A stretch of 64,000 bases of DNA from Vicinamibacteria bacterium (GTDB taxonomy: Bacteria > Acidobacteriota > Vicinamibacteria > Fen-336 > JAGNNV01): contig JAIBCN010000138.1 in the NCBI GenBank assembly GCA_019694155.1, positions 1,832 to 65,831 of the forward strand, in the 5' to 3' direction. Below are positions 38,721 to 49,760 of the stretch, in pieces. Made by a program: the position numbers and the translations under genes. Below the pieces are notes generated by a model. It worked only from the letters and a program-made list of their open reading frames with translations, ran no database searches and was not told where the DNA came from. How positions within the stretch are numbered: the first letter of the stretch is position 1; each line of letters begins with the position of its first letter.

Positions 38721-39473
38721 TCAGCGCTTCGACTTCTTCTTGCGCTTCTTGTCCTTTTTCGACTTCTTCGACTTCTTGTCCTTCTTGGACTTCTTGCCCT
38801 TCTTGTCCTTCTTCGGCTTCTTCGCCCCCTTGTCGTCGGGCGGCGCCGGGGAGGCCGCCGGCCTGGAAGAGACGGCCGGCCTGGGCTCGATCGCTTTCGC
38901 GGCCGGCCGGGCTACGGCCTTCGGCCGCGCCGCTGTGGGCAGGCCCTTCTTCCGCGGCTTCGGGCTAGGCTTCGGGCTGGGTTTGGGCGCGGACGGTGGA
39001 GGAGGTGGCGGCATGCTCGCCATGGCTTCCTGACCGCGACGCATCATCTCTTCGGCCGTCAGCTCTTCCTTGCGGGTGGCGATGGCCCACGTATGACCGA
39101 AGGGGTCTTCCACCATGCCGTAACGGTCGCCCCAGAACTGGTCGCCCACCGGCATCACGACCTTGGCGCCCGCGGCCACGGCCCGCGCGAAGACCGCGTC
39201 CACGTCCTCGACCCACAAATGCATGGTGACGGTCGTGCCCTTGAGTTCGCTCGGCGACTTCACCGGGCCCCACCCGGGCATGGCGTCGGCAAGGTAGATC
39301 CTCGAACCGGCGATCTTGAGATCGGCGTAGCCGACGAGGTCCTCACCCATCGGCATCATCAGGGCCACCTCCGCCCCGAATGCCGCCTGATAGAACTCAA
39401 TCGCCTTCTTCGCGCCGCGAATGGACAAATGAGGAACGACGGTGCTCACACCTTCGGGAATCGGCTGAACCAT
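38721..39473 (-). CDS. VOC-family (glyoxalase/PhnB-like) protein with C-terminal Pro/Lys-rich tail
   Basis: N-terminal ~140 aa is VOC-like (VVPHLSIRGAKKAIEFYQAAFGAE...FWGDRYGMVEDPFGHTWAIAT). The C-terminus is PPPPPPSAPKPSPKPSPKP...KKPKKDKKGKKSKKDKKSKKSKKDKKRKKKSKR. Confidence 0.75.
   Translation of the reverse strand: MVQPIPEGVSTVVPHLSIRGAKKAIEFYQAAFGAEVALMMPMGEDLVGYADLKIAGSRIYLADAMPGWGPVKSPSELKGTTVTMHLWVEDVDAVFARAVAAGAKVVMPVGDQFWGDRYGMVEDPFGHTWAIATRKEELTAEEMMRRGQEAMASMPPPPPPSAPKPSPKPSPKPRKKGLPTAARPKAVARPAAKAIEPRPAVSSRPAASPAPPDDKGAKKPKKDKKGKKSKKDKKSKKSKKDKKRKKKSKR
38730..38830 (-). repeat. degenerate GACTTCTTn tandem repeat encoding the poly-lysine tail
   Basis: Plus-strand cttcttcttgcgcttcttgtcctttttcgacttcttcgacttcttgtccttcttggacttcttgcccttcttgtccttcttcggcttcttc. 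Confidence 0.6.
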
Positions 39474-39516
39474 GGGGACCCTCCTGACGGGAACCGAGCG
39501 CGAATCTTAGCGCGGC

Positions 39517-41181
<1,665 letters not shown>

Positions 41182-41556
41182 GGATACCGTTCACGAAGGA
41201 CGAGGAGTCGGCTTCGCCGTACCGCTTCGAGATCTCGATGGCCTCGTCGATGATGACGGCGGAGGGGGTCTGGTCCTCGAACTTGAGTTCGTAAGCCCCG
41301 AGGCGCAATACGTTGCGCTCGATCGCGGCGAGGCGGCCGAGTTCCCAGTTGGTCATGACGCTCGTGATGTCCGCGTCGATGCCTTCCCGCTCGCGCTCGG
41401 TTCCGATGAAGAGACGCTCGGCCATGGCGCGCACCGCGGTGGTGCCGTTGCGCATGGTCCAGAAATCCTCGATCACGCGCTCGGGCGCTTCATTCGACCA
41501 TTCCCGCTGATACAGCATCTGCATCGCGCACACCCGGGCCTTGGAACGTTGGCCCA

Positions 41557-42054
41557 CTACTTCTTCCTCCTGGCGGAGGCGGGGGTGGCCGTCAGTTTCC
41601 GAATGAGCAGGGCGGCGTCGATGGCCGCGGCCGCCGCTTCCCGGCCCTTGTTGTGGCGGCCGGGCTTCGACCTCGCGATGGCGTGCGCGGGCTTGGTGAC
41701 GGTGAGGACGCCAAAGGCCACGGGCACCCCGGTGGTGAGACTCGCCTGCATGATGCCGCGGGCCGACTCGCGGGCGATGTGGTCGTAGTGGTCGGTCTCG
41801 CCCTTGATCACAGCACCCAGGGCCACGATTGCGTCGTAGCGGCCGGTCAAGGCCGCGGTCTGGGCGATGAGCGGCAGCTCGAAGGCGCCGGGGACGATCT
41901 GCACTTCCGCCGAGGCTCCGACTTCGGCGGTGTACTCGAGGGCGCCCAGGGAAAGCCCGGCCACCACGGAGTCGTTGAAGTGGGACTGCAGGATCAGAAT
42001 GCGCAGCCCGCGGCCGTTTCCCGGGCCGGCGAGTGCGATGGGAGGAGTCTTCAC
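41557..42054 (-). CDS. ribH: 6,7-dimethyl-8-ribityllumazine synthase
   Basis: 165 aa. GAFELPLIAQ and ALGAVIKGETDHYDHIA motifs. Confidence 0.9.
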   Translation of the reverse strand: MKTPPIALAGPGNGRGLRILILQSHFNDSVVAGLSLGALEYTAEVGASAEVQIVPGAFELPLIAQTAALTGRYDAIVALGAVIKGETDHYDHIARESARGIMQASLTTGVPVAFGVLTVTKPAHAIARSKPGRHNKGREAAAAAIDAALLIRKLTATPASARRKK

Positions 42055-42836
42055 TTGCCCACGAACTTCGCGGGGCGCTTCTCCAGGAACGCGCTCGTGC
42101 CCTCGGCCATGTCCGACGTGGACGCAAGCACCCCGAAGAGAGTGGCCTCGTGGTCCTGGGCGTCCTCAAACGACATGTCGAGCCCGGCATTCACCGCGTC
42201 GATGGCGTACTGGAGCGACAGCGGCGCGTTCGCGAGCATCTTCTTCATGAGGCCCATGGCTTCGTTCAGGAGCGCCTCTTTCGCGACCACGCGGTTCACG
42301 AGGCCGATCCGCAGCGCCTCCTCCGCGCCGACCATCTCGCCCGAGAGCAGGATCTCGAGGGCTCTTCCCCGTCCCACCAGACGAGGGAGCCGCTGGGTCC
42401 CGCCGTAGCCGCAGATCAGGCCGAGCTTCACCTCTGGCGTGCCCAGGCGGGCGTTGTCCGAGGCAATGCGGATGTGGCAGGCGAGGGCGAGCTCACAGCC
42501 CCCGCCGAGCGCGAAGCCGTTCACGGCCGCGATCACCGGACCGCGGAAGCGCTCGAGGCGATCGAAGACGCGCTGGCCGCGAAGGGCCAGGGCGCGAGCC
42601 TCGATGGGCGTCGCCTTCGCGAGTTCGGAGATATCGGCGCCGGCCACGAAGGCCTTCTCGCCGGATCCCGTAACGATAAGGCCGCGAACCGAGGCATCGG
42701 CGTCGAGTTCCGCGATCGCCGCGTCCAGTTCGCCGATGACCTGGGCGTTCAGGGCATTGAGCTTGTCGGGACGGTTGACGGTGATGACGGCGATGCCGTC
42801 ATCCTTCCGGTCGACGATAAGAGTGGTGTAGGCCAT
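42051..42836 (-). CDS. crt: enoyl-CoA hydratase (crotonase family)
   Basis: VAGADISE oxyanion region and LGLICGYGGTQRLPRLVG. Confidence 0.85.
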   Translation of the reverse strand: MAYTTLIVDRKDDGIAVITVNRPDKLNALNAQVIGELDAAIAELDADASVRGLIVTGSGEKAFVAGADISELAKATPIEARALALRGQRVFDRLERFRGPVIAAVNGFALGGGCELALACHIRIASDNARLGTPEVKLGLICGYGGTQRLPRLVGRGRALEILLSGEMVGAEEALRIGLVNRVVAKEALLNEAMGLMKKMLANAPLSLQYAIDAVNAGLDMSFEDAQDHEATLFGVLASTSDMAEGTSAFLEKRPAKFVGK

Positions 42837-42842
42837 CGCCTT

Positions 42843-43730
42843 CTAGACCAGGCCCTTCGTCGGGGTGGGCGGATTCGTCGAGTAATCGTAGAAGCCCTTC
42901 CCCGACTTCTTGCCGTACATTCCCGCCTGCACCATGCGCTTGAGCAGGGTGGGCGGAGCGTAGCGGGCTTCCTTGAACTCGTCGAACATGATGTTCGCGA
43001 TGTAGTAGGTGGTCTCGATGCCGACAAAGTCGAGCAGCGTGAACGGGCCCATGGGGTAACCGCAGCCGAGCTTCATGGCTTCGTCGATGTCCTGGACCGA
43101 CCCGACACCCTGTTCGAGGGCGCGGATGGCGTCGACCATGTAGGGGACGAGCAGGCGGTTCACGATGAAGCCGGGCTTGTCGGTGGCCCGGACCACGGTC
43201 TTGCCGATGCCCGTGCCGAACGCGCACATGGCCTCGAAGACCTCGGGACTGGTCAGGGTGCCGCGGACGACTTCGACGAGCTTCATGAGCGGAACGGGGT
43301 TGAAGAAGTGCAGGCCCACGAAACGGTCGGCCCGTCCCGAGCCCGCGGCCATCTCGGTAATGGAGAGCGACGACGTATTGGAGGCGAAGATCGTGTCCTT
43401 GCCGCAGATCTTGTTGAGGGCGCCGAAGGTCTCGTGCTTGAGCGCGATGTTCTCGACCACTGCCTCGATGATGATGTCGCACGAGGCGAGGTCCTCGAGC
43501 TTCGTGGTGCCCTTGAGACGGCCCATGACTTCGGCCTTCTTCTCCGCGGTCATCCTGGCCTTCTCGACCGCCTTGCCCAGGAACTTGTCGATGGAACCGA
43601 GGCCCTTGGCGAGGACGGCGTCGTTCACCTCGCGGACGATGACGTTGTGGCCGGCTTCCGCGCAGACCTGCGCGATGCCCGAGCCCATGAGACCGCAGCC
43701 CACGACTCCAACTGTTTTGATATCTGACAT
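42843..43730 (-). CDS. hbd: 3-hydroxybutyryl-CoA / 3-hydroxyacyl-CoA dehydrogenase
   Basis: VGVVGCGLMGSGIAQV Rossmann motif. C-terminal domain with FIVNRLL. Confidence 0.9.
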   Translation of the reverse strand: MSDIKTVGVVGCGLMGSGIAQVCAEAGHNVIVREVNDAVLAKGLGSIDKFLGKAVEKARMTAEKKAEVMGRLKGTTKLEDLASCDIIIEAVVENIALKHETFGALNKICGKDTIFASNTSSLSITEMAAGSGRADRFVGLHFFNPVPLMKLVEVVRGTLTSPEVFEAMCAFGTGIGKTVVRATDKPGFIVNRLLVPYMVDAIRALEQGVGSVQDIDEAMKLGCGYPMGPFTLLDFVGIETTYYIANIMFDEFKEARYAPPTLLKRMVQAGMYGKKSGKGFYDYSTNPPTPTKGLV

Positions 43731-43792
43731 GGTTTTCTTTCTTTATCTGGATCCCGGCTTTCGCCGCGATGTGCAGGGCGTTTCCAGTCGCT

Positions 43793-44932
43793 TTAGCCCT
43801 GCACACTCTCGATGATCATGGCGATCCCCTGGCCGCCGCCGATGCAGGCGGTGGCGAGGCCATAGCGGCCCTTGCGGCGGCGCAGCTCGAGGGCCACGGT
43901 GAGGAGAATGCGAGTGCCCGAGGCTCCCAGGGGATGGCCGAGGGCGATGGCGCCGCCATTGACGTTGACCTTGTTGCGATCGAGGCCGAGCTCCTTCTCC
44001 ACCGCCAGGTACTGGCCCGCGAAGGCCTCGTTCACTTCGACGAGGTCGATGTCCTCGAGCTTCAACCCGGCATCCGCGAGCGCCTTACGTGAGGCCGGCG
44101 CGGGGCCGATGCCCATGATCTCGGGCGGCACGCCCGCGACCGCCCAGGAGACGACGCGGGCGATTGGCTTGCCGTGGCCGCGCGACTTCGAGGCCGACAG
44201 AACCAGGGCGGCCGCGCCATCGACGATGCCGCTGGCATTGCCCGCGGTCACCATGCCGTCCTTGCCGAAGGCGGGACGGAGTCCCGCGAGCGACTCGAGT
44301 GTGGTATCGGCGCGCATGTGGTCGTCGTCCTTGATGGCGACCATGTTCTTGCCCTTCTTGACTTCGACGGGGACGATCTCCTCGTCGAAGACGCCACGGG
44401 CCTTCGCGGCCGCCGCGGTCTGCTGCGAGCGCAGCGAGAACTCGTCCATGGCCTTGCGATCGATTCCGTACTTGGCCGCGAGCTTCTCCGCGGTCTGGGC
44501 CATGTAGAGGCCGCAGTGGGTGTCCAGAAGGGCCACCATGAGGCTGTCCTCGAGCGCCCCCTGGCCGAGCTTGAATCCGTCGCGCGCGCCCCGGATGACG
44601 TGCGGGGCCTGGGTCATGTTCTCGGTCCCGCCCGCCACCGTCACCTCGGCTTCGCCGAGGAGCATGAGCTGGGAGGCCGAGATCACCGACTGAATGCCCG
44701 AGCCGCAGAGCCGATTGACGGTGAGGGCCGGCGTCTCGATGGGAAGGCCGGCCTTGAGGGCCGAGTGCCGCGCGCCGTACATGGCGTCCGCCGATGTCTG
44801 CATGGCATTGCCCATCACCACCTGCTCCACTTCGGCCGCGGGGACGCCCGACCGTTCGAGCGCCGCCTTGATCGCGTAGGCGCCCAGCTGGTTCGCGCCC
44901 GTGTCCTTGAAGTGGCCGACGTACTCGGCCAT
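43793..44932 (-). CDS. acetyl-CoA C-acetyltransferase (thiolase II)
   Basis: NRLCGSGIQ (Cys), GHPLGASG and CIGGGQG motifs. Thiolase-like residues (DIFILGGARTA) are encoded just upstream of the first canonical start (see findings). Confidence 0.85.
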   Translation of the reverse strand: MAEYVGHFKDTGANQLGAYAIKAALERSGVPAAEVEQVVMGNAMQTSADAMYGARHSALKAGLPIETPALTVNRLCGSGIQSVISASQLMLLGEAEVTVAGGTENMTQAPHVIRGARDGFKLGQGALEDSLMVALLDTHCGLYMAQTAEKLAAKYGIDRKAMDEFSLRSQQTAAAAKARGVFDEEIVPVEVKKGKNMVAIKDDDHMRADTTLESLAGLRPAFGKDGMVTAGNASGIVDGAAALVLSASKSRGHGKPIARVVSWAVAGVPPEIMGIGPAPASRKALADAGLKLEDIDLVEVNEAFAGQYLAVEKELGLDRNKVNVNGGAIALGHPLGASGTRILLTVALELRRRKGRYGLATACIGGGQGIAMIIESVQG

Positions 44933-45069
44933 GGCTGTTCGCGCGCCGCCCAGGATGAAGATGTCTTTCGTGGCTTTGATGGTGGGGCTCCTTGTGGATG
45001 TTTTCGCGGGTGATTCTACCTCGCGGCCCCTTGACGCCCCCGGAATTGCGGGCGTAGCGTGCGATCAAG

Positions 45070-46125
45070 ATGACCTTCATTTCCAGTTCACGCGCACTCA
45101 TTTTCAGCGCGGTCGCGACCGCGCTCCTCGCGGCCTGCACCGCGGGCGTCGCGCCCACCGTCACCCCCTCGCTCTCCACCACCGCGATCCCCGCGGCGTC
45201 GGACACCGTGTTCGTCGTTTCCGACGCCTGGTCGCCCCGGCCGGGCGCGGCGCTGGAGCTCTTCTCGATCGGCTCCGGCTCGCAACCCACCCGGCTCACC
45301 ACCTGCACCGGGTGCCAGACCCTGAGCGCGACACCTTCCCTCGACCGCAACCGCGTGGCTGCGCGCCGGGTCACTGCCGACACGAACCGTGATGGACGCT
45401 TCGACGAACTCGACCGGGTGAGCCTCCTGCTCGTGAACCTCGCCCGTCAGATCGAGGGTCCCTTCCTTCCGGAAGGCTGGACCACGAATGGCGTCGACTG
45501 GTCCGCGGACGGCACTTTTCTAGTGCACACCTCGTCCCCCGACGGCAGTCCCGAAGGGCTCTACACCATCGACGCGAACGCCACGAACAATCAGCTGATC
45601 ATCAGCGACCCGGGCGTGCGCCTGCGCGGCGCGCGACTCAGCCCGGCCATGAACCGAGCAGCCTACGAGCGCATCGCCTCCACCGGCGTGGGCAAGAGCG
45701 AGATCTGGATCGGCAACTCGCAGGTGAACCAGGCCAGGGTCACCGAGGGGGGACCCACGGGCGATCAGCTCCCGAACTCCCTCTACCTCGTTGGCTCCGA
45801 CGCGGGACCCGACTATTCCCCGGACGGCGCGAACCTCGCCTTCCGCCGATTGACCTCCACCGCCATTTCCGCCGGCACGTGGGACATCCTGATCGTGCCC
45901 ATCACCGGCGGCGCGCCGAGGGTCATCGCCTCCGGCCCGCAGTTCCGCTCCGACCCCGACTGGAGCAAGGACGGCATCGTGTTCTCGGAATCGAACCCGG
46001 CGACGGGCGGCATGGACGTCGTGGTGATCGACCCCACGACGGGCGCCCGCAAGGTTCTGCAGTCCTTCGCGAGCGGCTACCGGGTCGTGGCCCCCCGCTG
46101 GATCGCGGGGATCACCGGCGGCTAG
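45070..46125 (+). CDS. lipoprotein with TolB-like beta-propeller (PD40 repeats)
   Basis: Signal peptide plus lipobox LLAACTAG. Repeated DxSPDG(T/A) motifs: DWSADGTFLV, DYSPDGANLAF, DWSKDGIVF. Confidence 0.65.
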   Translation: MTFISSSRALIFSAVATALLAACTAGVAPTVTPSLSTTAIPAASDTVFVVSDAWSPRPGAALELFSIGSGSQPTRLTTCTGCQTLSATPSLDRNRVAARRVTADTNRDGRFDELDRVSLLLVNLARQIEGPFLPEGWTTNGVDWSADGTFLVHTSSPDGSPEGLYTIDANATNNQLIISDPGVRLRGARLSPAMNRAAYERIASTGVGKSEIWIGNSQVNQARVTEGGPTGDQLPNSLYLVGSDAGPDYSPDGANLAFRRLTSTAISAGTWDILIVPITGGAPRVIASGPQFRSDPDWSKDGIVFSESNPATGGMDVVVIDPTTGARKVLQSFASGYRVVAPRWIAGITGG

Positions 46126-48098
46126 ACGAACATCTTCGGGTCGTAGGCGGCGATCCGCCCCATCACCGCGGAGGCCGCCACCGTGAGGGGCGAAGCGAGG
46201 TACAACGCTCCGGGGCCGGAGCGGTTCTGGTAGTTGCGGTTGATGGCGGAGACCGTCACCTGCTGCTTGTTCTCGGAAATCCCGGGACCGCAGCCGATGC
46301 AGGCGCCGCACCCCGGCTTGATCACCTTCACCCCGGTCTTCGCGAAGACGTCGAGGTAACCTCTGGCGGTCGCGTAGGCCTCCACCGACTCCGACCCGAA
46401 CTGGATGAAGAAATTCACGTTCTCGGCCACGCGCCGGCCGGAGGCGAGGGCCGCCGACATCACCCGCGCGTACATGTCGAGGTCCTCCTCCTTCCCCGCC
46501 GTGCAGGACCCGCCGTACGCGATGTCGATCCGGACCTCCCCGATGTCGCGGATGAGGGCGCCGTTCGTGGGATCGGATGAGATTCCCTTCGCGGCGTCCC
46601 CCGGCGTCGCCACCATCGGCTCGATCGCCGACAGATCCACGACGTGGACGCCGCCCGTGTATTCAGCGCCCGGGTCGGGGCCGACGAGCTGCGAGCGCAG
46701 CCGCGCGGCGTCCGTGCCCGGCCGGTGCGCCACGATCCAGTCGACCGTCGAAGCATCGCCTTCGAAAACGCCGGCCTTGGCCGCGCACTCCGTGGCCATG
46801 TTGGCCATGGTGGCGCGCTCATCGGGTGAAAGGGCGGCAAGCCCCGGCCCGCCGAATTCCATCACGAGATCAAGGGTCTTCCCCGGCTTCGCGTATTCCT
46901 TGAGGATGAAGAGCATCACGTCCTTCGCGGTCACTCCCGGGCGAAGCGCGCCGCGGAGTTCGAAACGGATGGAGCCCGGGGTTTCGATGAAGGTGATCCC
47001 CGAGTAGACGAGAGCCGCGTACTCGGTCGCGCCCACGCCGTAGGCAAGCGAATTGAGCGATCCGCCCATGCAGGTGTGGGAGTCGGTGGCCTGGATGAAA
47101 TCGCCCGGCTCGATCATCTTCTCGCGCGCCACGGTGTGGCAGATGCCGGGCGAGACGCCGTTCGTGGCGAGGAACGCGCGGACGCCCGTCGCGGCCTGGA
47201 AAGCGCGCTGCCGCTCGCTCTGTTCGAGGAGCTTGGGGCGGAACTTCGCGTAGGTCGGCATGTCCTGCGCGTACAGCATGTGATCCTCGAACACCGCGAA
47301 CTTCGACGGGTTCTTGAGCTTGTAGCCCTCGCCATACTCCTCGGTGAGGAAGTAGTGGACCTGGGCCGAGGTGAAGTCGTGAGAGAAGCCCCCGTCCACA
47401 TTCACCGCCACCGCGTCGCCGGGCCTGATGGCGGCGGGCTTTTCGGGGGTGGCGATCCGGGAATGGAGGATCTTCTCGGCGATGGTCATGGGCCGGGCCG
47501 GGGTCTTGGGAACGGGCAGCGCCGCCTCGCCCCTCGCCACCGCGCGCGTAAACGCGAACAGACCGCCCGCCTGGATGATGAGGCGCGTCACGGGGTCGCG
47601 GCCGGTCATGAAAGCCTCGATCGGCACTTCCTCCCCCGCCTGGAGGCGCAGGAGCACGTCGTGCCCCGCCATGAGGACGCCGGAGTTGATGTTGTTCCGG
47701 GCGTGGATGGGCGCGAAACCGTCGGCGATGGCGATCCGGATCCCCGCGTACTTCTCGGCCTGCACGGCCTGCTCACGCGATGAGCCGACGCCTTTCCGCT
47801 TGCCGGAGACGATCACCTCGAAGTTGCCGTCCTTGAGGGCGCCGTCCCAGAACAGGCGCTCCCCGTTCACGGTGATTCCGGCGTAGGCGCTTCGGGCCTG
47901 GGCGTCCGGCCGATAGTCGAAGCAGGCCCAGGCGGGCGCCATGGCGTCGGTGTTGATGTCGTCCATCAGGTCCTCGACCCGGAGGTCCTTCATCTGGAGA
48001 TTCAGTTCGCCTTTGAGCTGGCGGCGGACGGTCTCGGGATCCTTCGTGAGGAAGAGAACGCGCTTGCCCGGGGTGAGTCGGACGGTCGTGTCGGCCAT
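46122..48098 (-). CDS. aconitase-family hydratase with N-terminal swivel (LeuD/AcnB domain-4-like) and C-terminal catalytic domains
   Basis: Residues 60-200 are swivel-like (VIVSGKRKGVGSSREQAVQAEKYAGIRIAIADGFAPIHARNNINSG). Residues 200-658 are the aconitase catalytic region (ATDSHTCMGG, GGSCTAGKEED, PGCGACIGCGPG Fe-S ligand regions). No AcnB HEAT domain. Confidence 0.8.
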   Translation of the reverse strand: MADTTVRLTPGKRVLFLTKDPETVRRQLKGELNLQMKDLRVEDLMDDINTDAMAPAWACFDYRPDAQARSAYAGITVNGERLFWDGALKDGNFEVIVSGKRKGVGSSREQAVQAEKYAGIRIAIADGFAPIHARNNINSGVLMAGHDVLLRLQAGEEVPIEAFMTGRDPVTRLIIQAGGLFAFTRAVARGEAALPVPKTPARPMTIAEKILHSRIATPEKPAAIRPGDAVAVNVDGGFSHDFTSAQVHYFLTEEYGEGYKLKNPSKFAVFEDHMLYAQDMPTYAKFRPKLLEQSERQRAFQAATGVRAFLATNGVSPGICHTVAREKMIEPGDFIQATDSHTCMGGSLNSLAYGVGATEYAALVYSGITFIETPGSIRFELRGALRPGVTAKDVMLFILKEYAKPGKTLDLVMEFGGPGLAALSPDERATMANMATECAAKAGVFEGDASTVDWIVAHRPGTDAARLRSQLVGPDPGAEYTGGVHVVDLSAIEPMVATPGDAAKGISSDPTNGALIRDIGEVRIDIAYGGSCTAGKEEDLDMYARVMSAALASGRRVAENVNFFIQFGSESVEAYATARGYLDVFAKTGVKVIKPGCGACIGCGPGISENKQQVTVSAINRNYQNRSGPGALYLASPLTVAASAVMGRIAAYDPKMFV

Positions 48099-48132
48099 GA
48101 GCGGGATGCTACTTGCCCCGCCGCGCGGACGG

Positions 48133-49230
48133 CTAGCTCCTGGGCTTGAGGCGCTCCACGATGGCGGCCGCCGCTTCCCGAGTGCCGAGCGTGCCCCCGA
48201 TATCGACCGTCGTCTGCCCCGCCCTGACCGCCTCGAGAACGGCCGCGTCGATGCGCGCCGCCTCTTCCTTCCAGCCGAGATGCGCGAGCATCAGCGCGGC
48301 GGTGGCGATGGCGCCGATGGGATTCGCGATGTTCTTTCCCGCGATGGGGGGCGAGGAACCGTGCACGGGTTCGAAGAGAGAGATCTTCCCCGGATGAATG
48401 TTCCCCGAGGCGGCCATCCCCAGGCCGCCCTGGAGGCCCGCCGCGATGTCGGTGACGATGTCGCCGAACATGTTCGAGGTGACGATCACCTCGAACTGCC
48501 TCGGGTCGCGGACGAGCTGCAGGGAGAGATTGTCCACGTACATGTGCGAGGCGGTGATCTCGGGAAAGCCGGCCTTGACCTCCTTGAACACCCGCTGCCA
48601 GAGGTCGTGCGCGTGGATGAGGACGTTCGACTTGTCCGACATCAGGACCTTCTTCCGCCCCGTGGCGCGGGCGTACTCGAAGGCGTGGCGGATGATCCGC
48701 TCGACGCCCTTGCGCGTGTTGAGGTCGATGTCGGTCGCGACTTCGTCGGGGGTTCCCTTCTTGAAGTTGCCCCCCATCATCACGTAGAGGCCCTCGGTAT
48801 TCTCCCGGAACACCACGAAATCCACGTCCTTCGGTTCCACGCCCTTGAGCGGACAGAGCCGCGCGTCGAGAAGCTTCACCGGCCGGTGGTTCACGTACAG
48901 GTCCAGGCCGAAGCGCATGCCCAGCAGGATGTCCGCCGCGTGCCGGTTGTCGGGGACGCGGGGGTCACCCATGGCCCCGAGCAGGATGGCGTCGAAGTTC
49001 TCGGCCAGCATCTTCAGGCCGTCCGCGGGCAGGCTGACGCCGGTCTTCAGGTAGGCGTCGGCGCTCCAGTCGAAGGGGGTGAGCGTGATCCTCTTTCCCG
49101 AAGCCGCGGCCACCGCCTCGATCGCCGCGCAGGCTTCGCGGATCACCTCGACGCCGATCCCGTCCCCGGGGACGACCGCGATCCGAAGATCCTTCAAGGG
49201 GGCTCCTAGCGAACGAAGTGCATGATCCAC
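48133..49230 (-). CDS. isocitrate/isopropylmalate dehydrogenase family protein (NAD-IDH or LeuB-like)
   Basis: LRIAVVPGDGIGVEV, RENTEGLY and NMFGDIVTDIAAGLQGGLGMAASGNI signatures. Confidence 0.85.
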   Translation of the reverse strand: MDHALRSLGAPLKDLRIAVVPGDGIGVEVIREACAAIEAVAAASGKRITLTPFDWSADAYLKTGVSLPADGLKMLAENFDAILLGAMGDPRVPDNRHAADILLGMRFGLDLYVNHRPVKLLDARLCPLKGVEPKDVDFVVFRENTEGLYVMMGGNFKKGTPDEVATDIDLNTRKGVERIIRHAFEYARATGRKKVLMSDKSNVLIHAHDLWQRVFKEVKAGFPEITASHMYVDNLSLQLVRDPRQFEVIVTSNMFGDIVTDIAAGLQGGLGMAASGNIHPGKISLFEPVHGSSPPIAGKNIANPIGAIATAALMLAHLGWKEEAARIDAAVLEAVRAGQTTVDIGGTLGTREAAAAIVERLKPRS

Positions 49231-49385
49231 GAGCCCACGATCGTGGAACCGACGAAGGCCGCGAACATCTTGAGCGCGGACACCGCCCGTTCGCGCGGCG
49301 TGTTCTCGGAGAGCGTCCCCATGGCCGCCGAGGTGAAGCCCGAGAAGATGAGGAGAGCCACCAGATGCGACTCGAGGAAAGCCAC

Positions 49386-49757
49386 TTACTTCTTCCTCCC
49401 GGCCGCGATGTCGAAGGCGTCGAGGGCGACCAGGATGTTCAGGAGCCCCGCCACCTCCGTGAAGGTGCTGCCGTATTCGAAGGTCGAGCGCGTGATGAGA
49501 GAAGGATCCTGCCCGAGGTCGAGCAGGCGGGCCAGAAAGTAGGGCGCTCCCACCACCACCTGCGCGGTCGAGCGGACTACGGCGAGGGGGTCATCGAAGC
49601 CGACGTGGAACTGGAGCCTCGCGCCGTACAGGACGCCGAAGCAGAAGAGGCCGAGGATGGAGATGAAGTAGACGGCCGCGCGGCCGCGGGACTTCACGAG
49701 AACGTGGCCGGCGCCGGGCATGAGGAGACCGGCGAGGCCGGCGATCCAGGGAAACAA
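49386..49757 (-). CDS. small multi-TM membrane protein
   Basis: 123 aa, mostly hydrophobic helices (MFPWIAGLAGLLMPGAGHVLV..). Confidence 0.45.
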   Translation of the reverse strand: MFPWIAGLAGLLMPGAGHVLVKSRGRAAVYFISILGLFCFGVLYGARLQFHVGFDDPLAVVRSTAQVVVGAPYFLARLLDLGQDPSLITRSTFEYGSTFTEVAGLLNILVALDAFDIAAGRKK

Positions 49758-49760
49758 GCG

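Noticed and set aside
44085-45383. 432-aa minus ORF overlapping the thiolase gene in another frame
   Set aside because: It is Arg/Gly-rich low-complexity; the thiolase frame has all catalytic motifs.
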